Positions 56,600 through 64,000 of a stretch of 64,000 nucleotides of DNA are shown here, in pieces; within the stretch, counting starts at the first letter, position 1; each line of letters begins with the position of its first letter. The notes under the pieces were generated by a model. It ran no database searches, had not been told where the DNA came from, and saw only the letters and a program-made list of their open reading frames with translations. The position numbers were made by a program, and so were the translations under genes. The stretch is taken from contig CM052817.1 in the NCBI GenBank assembly GCA_028534125.1, positions 83,020,001 to 83,084,000 of the forward strand, written 5' to 3'. The DNA comes from Lama glama (Eukaryota).

Positions 56600-56770
56600 A
56601 TTTACTGAACATTTACTGCATGACACTTACTGAATCCTTCAAAAGTACCATTTCATTGAATCAGGATAATCCTGTGAGGTAAGTACTAATAACCACATTA
56701 CACAGATTAAGAAACTGATGCCCAACCTATACAGCTAGCAAGTACCAGAATTTGAACCCAAAAAGTCTAT
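56600..56770 (-). mobile_element. MIR SINE
   Basis: catttactgaacatttact...cctgtgaggtaagtact...cagattaagaaactga...tttgaaccca. Confidence 0.7.
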
Positions 56771-59023
56771 GCTATATCTTTATTCTAAGTTATTAGAAAA
56801 AAGTGCCAACAAATTTTTGTTTTCTGATTTTTTTTCAGAGAAGTTCAAAGTAGGAAACAAAATAAAACAAAACAAAAAAACTTCCACTGTCTTAGAATTC
56901 AAAGATGCTAGAATTTCATTTTTTTAAGTGTGTCCTAAAAAAATAATACTTTGCCAATATATTACATTTCTTCTCATATTCTCTTCAAACTCAAGCTAAG
57001 GTAACAAATGTATATAATTTTACATTAGAAATAACATTTAACAGAGAAATAGAAAACAAAACACCATCCTGATCTCAGATGTAACTAAATGTAATAACTT
57101 CTGGCAAAAGTATGCATAGAATTTACCACAGTTTCAGAGGGTTTATTTATAGTTTAATAACCACAGTTTAGGGAACACTTCTGAAGTACAAATCAAGATA
57201 TATTTTTTCCCTTTTTGCCTAATTATTTTTGACTTTGAGGCTATCATGATGATACTAGAGAAGTAAAAAGATTGTACAAGCTCTACTGTGCTGAAATTTA
57301 CAGTGGTTGTACACAATTTTCGTATTACATACCCCATGACTATTCATATTGATGGGTTGATAGGTCTACCTAGCTGATGTACATTAGACCTGACATGTGG
57401 GGAGGGAAAAAAAATGGCAAATTGTCCTATTCCAGTAGGAAAAGAAGTCAGCCAATATCGTTACTCCAAAAATAATGGCCCACACTCAGAACCTCCTTTC
57501 ATATTCCAAGGTCTAAAAAAACATATGAAAGATGCTCTTTCCCACTCATTGTATACCACTGCAAGGGGCTCCACTGGTTGGTGCTCTGCAGTGCTGAAAC
57601 TCTCATTTTTCTGGAAAAAAAAGAGAGGAGGTGAAACATTTGCTACTGAAAGATTTTACTTAAAGAAAAATCATATGTTTCCCCCCCATTGCTCATATTT
57701 ATGCATGGTGCATTAAAATTTAGTCCCACAAGTCTTCGTTATTCAGGCATTTAATCATATGGAAAAAGTGGTAATTTAATTAAAACAAGCAACATAGGTT
57801 AGATATCCCTCAGGACACAAACCTAGGAAAATGATCTAATCCATCAGGTTTCCATTGTGAAAATGTATTAATATTAGACCACAAGACCATAGCTGAAAAA
57901 AATGCTGCTCATTTACAATGCAGTAATCTGACACAGAAACAACTTGAGTTTAAGAAGCGAAAGCATACACCGTTCTTTCTAGAATGAGTGGAGAGTTTGT
58001 AAAAGACTGCTGCTCTGCTCTCACAGAGACTAGGCAAATGCTGTAGGAGATGCATTTTCAGAGACCAGAATTCTGCTATGTTTAGAATATAATTGCAGGC
58101 AGCTTCCATTATGATAGCCTATTGAATGGATTTGCAAGATGCAATCTCTTTTCAGAGCATGATATTCCATCATTTTAAACATGTTACTATCTTTGTTTAG
58201 AGAAACAGTATTTATCAGTGCTATAGGAAAACAAAATTAATCTCATTTACACCTAAGTATCTAGTATCTAATTACCCCAAAACTGTTATTGCTAATATGG
58301 AGGCTCTCCTTCTCTAATCCCAAAGTCAAGTTTATTTCCATAAACTAGCCAAATGCCATAATCTCCTTAGTTCTGGGAATCTAAAAAAGAAAAAAAAATT
58401 TTAAAGATCAACCTTAGACCCACAGGGTTCCAAAATAAAAAATGTTTTTAATTACCCCCTCTATTAATTTTGCCACAATGAATGAAATCCTTACATCATT
58501 CACTTTTTGCTGCTAAACCCTGAAAGTATATGATAAAATTTAAGACTATTCCCTAGTTGGGTTAATGTTGATGCATTTAATCATAACCAAGCCTGTAATA
58601 TCTTAGGCTGAACTATTTTATCAAATTTAACAGCTCATGAAAGCTTGCAGTAGTGATGATGGTTTTTATTGAGTAGCTTTTATTGAGTAAGGAGGACAAG
58701 AGAATTTGCCTGGCACATGGGGCACTGATCTGGATAAAAATATCATAAAAGCCTAAGATACATCTCCTGGATCATATTCTATCCAACATGGACAGTTATA
58801 TCATAGAAATTTACTAGATCACCCAAGACTACTCATGATTTCTGGTGCTCAGTTGATACTGTACTATTTCTACCTTAACTAATCTCAGCTAAATCAACAT
58901 AAAAGGGAGGGTATTCACAATATTAAAATAGCTCCTCAAAACTTCAGGTACTTTTGTGCCTTTCCTCACCAATTCAACCCTACCCTATCAAAGTAATACC
59001 TCCAGTATTAAGAAGGGGTCTAC

Positions 59024-59069
59024 CTTGTCTCAGACGGACCCAATTTCAGCGTCGTCTGTACTTGGCCCT
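59024..59069 (-). other. candidate upstream exon, 46 nt (xGQVQTTLKLGPSETR frame joins the 41669 exon in phase)
   Basis: Minus strand reads cttctgatcccttggttatgcctatag|AGGGCC...GAGACAAG|gtagac, with three CpGs. Its one stop-free frame ends phase 2, as the next exon requires. Confidence 0.3.
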
Positions 59070-59099
59070 CTATAGGCATAACCAAGGGATCAGAAGAAA

Positions 59100-61780
59100 T
59101 ATTACCAAAAAATATGTGCCGTCTAGAAGAAATGGAATCTCAGAATCAAAAGAAAGAAAAAGTTTCAAGAAGGATAGGTTGAGCAAGAGCATCAAGGTTC
59201 AAAAAGGATAAAAACCAAAATATAATTATGACCTTGATATGTTGGAAGAGCAACTGGTTCAGGATGGTAGGAGCTAAGGACAGAAAAGTAGGAGCCTTAC
59301 CTCTAAGCAGTAGGAAAAGGGATGATGAGGCAGGATTATGCACCCCTGCGAGTCAGACTAAGTATGGTGGAAATCCATCATAAATGCAAATCCATCTACA
59401 TTTTTGAAAATGCAGTCTGACTTCTCTGTGGAGAAAAGACTGTAAAGGGTGAGAGTGAAAGCAGTAAAACATGTTAGGAGGCGACTACAATGGGTCGAGC
59501 TGAAAGGTAGTACTAGTTTGTCCTAAGGCGGGAGAAAAGGAGACAGGGAGAAATTACCAAATCAAGGGAAATATTTTTAAAGTAAAGGCAGAAGGGTTGG
59601 ATACAGAGAGTGAAGGGAAGAGAGAAACTAAGGATGACCTGGTAATTTTTGGTCTTAACAACTGGAAAAAGAGTGTACTTTAACTATGGGAATAATTTGG
59701 AAAATATCAGATTTAAGGAGGGTGATAAAGAGTTCTTGGTTGGAAATGTTATGTTTGAGATGTCTGTTAGACCTGAGGTAGACGAGTCAAGTGGGAAACT
59801 ATATCCACAAGTCCGGAAATTAGAGTAGATGTTAGGGCTAACAATATAAAAGTGAATGTGTATCAGGTTATCCATGATATTTAAACAATGGGAATCAGTG
59901 AACTCATCTATAGCATGATAGTAGGTAGAAAAGTAGTGGACAAAGCAAGCAGCTCTAGGGCACAATACAGAGGTCAGGAAGAGGGGAAAAAGCCTGCAAA
60001 AGAGAATGGAAGGATCCAGCCAAACAGGAAGGAAGAAATAGAGGTGCCTGTATGTCCCTGAATCACGGGAAATAATTCTTTCAAGAGCTATGTCACATGT
60101 GGCTGAAAGATTAATTAATACAGTGTTCAAGAAATTACTGAATTTTATGACATGAATTCACACATAAACTTTACAAGAACTTACTTAATGACACAATGGG
60201 AATAAAATGTTGATATAAATGAATGAAAGCAACAATGAAATGCAGGAAAACTTGACATGACGAATGTTGTGATGCTCTTGTACTGGGGTAATTTGAGTAA
60301 TCTGGAACTATGTTTTGCAAGACCCATTCTCAGTATGGTTCTGGATTAGAGTAGAACAAAAGAGAAATCTGCATGCAGAATGAAGCAGTAACCATTACTC
60401 TCTGAAGTTATATGTCTTAAGACACAGACAAAATTTGTCAACCTGTACCAGCTTGTCCTCACTCTCTTATTCCACATGTAGCTCTTCTTCCTTACTGGCA
60501 AGCCCTGCAGATGAACAGAAATCCCAGACCCAGCACTGGGTCCAGAGACAATACCCTTCCATGGACTTCTCCTCTAGCTCTGCTTCATGGCCCCACTCTG
60601 GCAGCTGGACACGTCTGGTTTTCCACAAGTCTCTGACTTACCTGTTCACCCACACCAGTGTTACAGGAGAGTGATCAGTGACTTTTCTAGGATTTTCCAA
60701 CTCCTCTTTTTGTAGTCTTGTTTCCCAGCTTCTCCCCCTATAATTCCTGTAATTCATTCCCACTCTATAATACTCATTCTATCCCTGAGTATGGGTATAA
60801 AATCAGTACAAGTACAAAACTTTTCAAGAAGTTTTGTTTCAAAGGGAAGGAAAGAATCATAAAACAGCTGGATGTAGATGTAAAGTCAAGGACAGGTTTA
60901 TTTAATTTTTAAAATCAGAATTATTATGGCATATTGGTATACTAATGGGTTGAGTCAGTAAAACGGAGAAATGGATGATGCAAGATATAGAGGAGGCAAT
61001 TCAAAAGTAAAATCCTCAAGTAACATATGGGGATATAACAAGGGAATGATCTTAAATAGATTCTGAAGCATCATAATGGAAGGCTGAGGATATGAGCACA
61101 AATACAGGGAAACTGATAAACTAAAAGATAAAAAATTAAGATGATGTTTGTGTTCTGTTGCTTTATTACCTGAGAGTAAAGAATAAGAAATGGATGTTGA
61201 AGGTAGGACAAGGAGAAACTCTAAAAAAATGTTGAAGCATAAGGGAAACATTGACTAGGGAAATGTAATAGAACAGCTGGACAGAATGGAGGCAAAGCTT
61301 GAAATTTGTGAAAAATGAGACCACTCCAGTGAGTTTTCTGCTTGGTGATCGGTCAACTTTTTTCAATATGTCCATCTGTTGGCTACAGGTGTGGAGCAGA
61401 AGACTTAGGTTTAACCATGATAGGGGGTTGGTAAATTTAGATGATGGAGAAATGTGGATGCATGCAAGGTAACGATTTTAGTAACAGGCTCTAAGCATAG
61501 AAAAGGGAAAAATGAGCACATGATAGAGTATGATGGAGACAATAACATAAAATTTCTCAATTAGGCAGAATTCATCCAGTGAGAATATTAGAGAAAATGA
61601 GCTGTAAAATTAGAAGAGTTAATAAAAAATGGGACATTTGACACCTATGTTTTGGAAGCGGTATAGTCTTTGGTAGTAACAAGGTCTATAGTATGACCAT
61701 AAAAACAAGTGAATGAAAAGAAAATTTGCTGGAAGAGGTTATGTGACCAGTCAAGTAATGGAGGTACACTGAAATAGGAT
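59100..61780 (-). mobile_element. LINE-2 remnants (fragmented)
   Basis: Purine-rich L2 motifs such as ggaaatgttatgtttgagatgtctgttagac, aaaacttttcaagaagttttgtttcaaaggg and aaggatgacctggtaatttttggtcttaacaactgg. Confidence 0.7.
60265..60790 (+). mobile_element. ERVL/MaLR-class LTR interrupting an L2
   Basis: TG-starting, higher-GC block of about 520 bp with L2-like sequence on both sides; family not resolved. Confidence 0.45.
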
Positions 61781-62773
61781 AATCATTCAGTAAGTTAATC
61801 CTGCCAAACAGTGTCATAACAGAGAGGGTAACACTAGGTCTGGGACTAGTGTTATGGACACAAGCCTTCCAGGGTGCAAATTTTAAGGAGACACTTGTAT
61901 TACATAAATAATATTCACCTAGATATTAGGAAGCATGAAGAACAACAGAAAATGAGTACCATTCATTGAAAGAAATAATGGAATCAAGTAGTTTTTCATT
62001 ACATTTTACATTCCATAATGAACATAATTTAATAAAATCAGTAGTATGCTCTTAAAAATCAATATGCTATTAATATGAAGAATACTCAATAAATCAGAGT
62101 TAGTCTAGCATAACATAACTACACTGTTCACACCTGGATTTGAAACAACCTCACTCACTTGAACTATCGCTTATTGCTTAAGGACATTTGAGTCGTTAAA
62201 AGCTAAATGTTATGAGCTAAAGCCATTTTCTCTTTTACACCATATAGCAGACTTTTGCTTTTGCTGTTTCCTACTCCCAGACAGTAGATTTAAGAGGTGA
62301 CTTTAGATAACTACAGAACTAAAACTGATTTCATGAATGCTTTCTGATCAATTCTCTTTCTTGAACCTCATGAACCTCTAAGAACTTTCCTAACTTTACA
62401 TTCCCTCAAATACACATTTACCATATCACTTAAATTCATCACTGTATTCCTGACATATATATTAATCTGGGAAGAAAGGAACAATGAGGATATTTCAATG
62501 ACACTGAAAAAAATGTAAGTTACCAATCATAAGAAAAGAAACTATTAAAACAAATGATTTGGTTTCCTAAAATGTGTTCAAAATTCTCCTGAGAACTCCA
62601 GACAGACTAATAAAATAATTGCTTTAATTTTCCAATTGAAGAGAATATTTTTATTTGTAAATACCTCTACCTCATTCAGGCTTTTGTTTCCACCTAAATT
62701 CAACTTGATGGTTCCTGTCCCATCAAATACAGTGCGAATCTGCACTGCTTTGAGAAAAATAATGACGTCTTAC

Positions 62774-62814
62774 AGTCCAATCTTCCATTTCAGAGCAACC
62801 ATCATAAAAAGCTC
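62774..62814 (-). other. weak candidate exon, 41 nt (alternative donors at 62671 or 62665)
   Basis: Minus strand reads ggtattag|GAGCTTTTT...GGACT|gtaaga. The polypyrimidine tract is poor. Confidence 0.18.
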
Positions 62815-63158
62815 CTAATACCATCAATGTAATTTAAAACTATATAAACGTCAGTGTATGTAATGAATGGCTAATACTACTAATGGCTTTAGTAGTTAAC
62901 CCAAAAAGGCATTGCCCCCTACTTTTAAAAAGACATAAAGATAGAATCTACTATGCTAAGCCAAAACATGTAATCATGAGTGATGTTTGCCATCTCAGGG
63001 ATGTAATTAGACTCCTTTAGAGACTGAACAAAGGCTTAAAACTACCACCTGAAATAATTACTCTAAAGGTCAAAGAAATTAAAAACACTCAAAAATCCTA
63101 TTTGGGTTAGACCTTTATGAGACCAGTTTAATGTGCAATTTCATTGAAATAAGGGGAA

Positions 63159-63610
63159 GTATTAGTCCAAGTCCTCCTAGAGAGCAGATCCAAGATGGGA
63201 TTAAACATGTAAGGATTTTATTAAGGAAAATGTCTGTGTGCAGAGAAGGGGAGGGAGCAAGGGGAAGCTGGAAGAGGCACCAAGACCTGATACAAGCCTG
63301 ATTCCAAGTGAAGGGGAGACAAAAGGAAGGTTTGGTGGAAGCATCCTAGACTGCCCTGCAGATCAAGGAACCTTCAACAAGACTATCAGGGAGTCTGAGC
63401 CACAGTCACCCATAAGAGAAGTCCTGTGTCTGCAAGGAACAGGCCTGTCTTAGTGTCCCTCCATGCCGATACAGACTAGCAGGAGCCCATGGAGAGCAGG
63501 GCCTCTGTGAAAATACTTTCATAGATTTCAGAGCAGGGCACCTGGGGCTTTCTGTCAATTACACACCTGCAGTTGGAGTTCTGTTAGGTGCATTTTCATG
63601 GCTGCCAAAG
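63159..63610 (-). mobile_element. ERVL LTR (LTR16-like)
   Basis: gtattagtccaagtcctcctagagagcagatccaagatgggattaaacatgtaaggattttatt resembles an antisense LTR16 3' end. Confidence 0.6.
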
Positions 63611-64000
63611 TGGAGACATAACCAATATTCTACTCAATATCTGACTTGTACCTACATTTTAACCTCACAAGTGTTTTATGTCTTTTTTAATTAGACTGAT
63701 ACTGTTAACGAGAATGATCACTGAAACAGCAACAGACTATGCATGTCAGGCATACAAATGTAATGAAGATTTTAATCAGGAGTTCAAACTGGCACCCCAG
63801 TCTTATTTCTGCCCAAATACATAACTTTGGTCCTGGTTTAAAATAAGTTACTCTTTTTTTGTTTTTACTCAGTTACAAAGAGTTTCTTCAACCCTCTTTC
63901 AGATTACAAATTTATATATCAGTATGTTTTAGTATAGAGTCTTTGGATCTACTTTGTTCATTGTCTCATTTAAATTTCTATCTAAAAAATTTTTCCCACT

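Noticed and set aside
59684..60130. 148-aa ORF, the longest outside the gap
   Set aside because: Lies within an L2 remnant and gives a low-information translation.
30145..62814. Assignment of the minus-strand transcript to known loci (e.g. PDE1A alternative ends, RMST, MIR99AHG)
   Set aside because: I did not find the expected diagnostic sequences (PPP1R1C last exon, miR-135a or miR-125b hairpins), so no gene symbol is given.
1..64000. CRISPR arrays, operons, rRNA/tRNA genes, prokaryote-style defence systems
   Set aside because: The sequence is mammalian, and no repeat-spacer array or structured RNA gene was recognisable.

Overview
This is AT-rich, CpG-depleted placental-mammal genomic DNA with a 500-N assembly gap at 16172-16671. 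The style of the youngest L1 pieces and the lack of recognisable Alu, Bov-tA, PRE-1 or Can-SINE copies suggest a cetartiodactyl, possibly a camelid; that is inference. Much of the window is old interspersed repeat: L1, L2, MIR, MaLR/ERVL/ERV1 LTRs and hAT MER elements. Repeat family names come from recalled consensus motifs and boundaries are approximate. The supplied ORF track is almost all noise or L1 debris. The main non-repeat signal is the 3' end of a spliced minus-strand transcript. Its candidate exons are 41585-41669, 32167-32286 and a terminal exon starting at 30465 with AATAAA at 30178-30183; weaker upstream candidates lie at 59024-59069 and 62774-62814. The three best exons splice into one open frame whose peptide I do not recognise, so coding versus lncRNA status is unresolved. 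Weaker plus-strand exon candidates lie at 14882-14911 and from 21008. I found no rRNA, tRNA, CRISPR, recognisable miRNA or convincing new biological system. The best leads are the unidentified spliced ORF and a few unusual transposon rearrangements.
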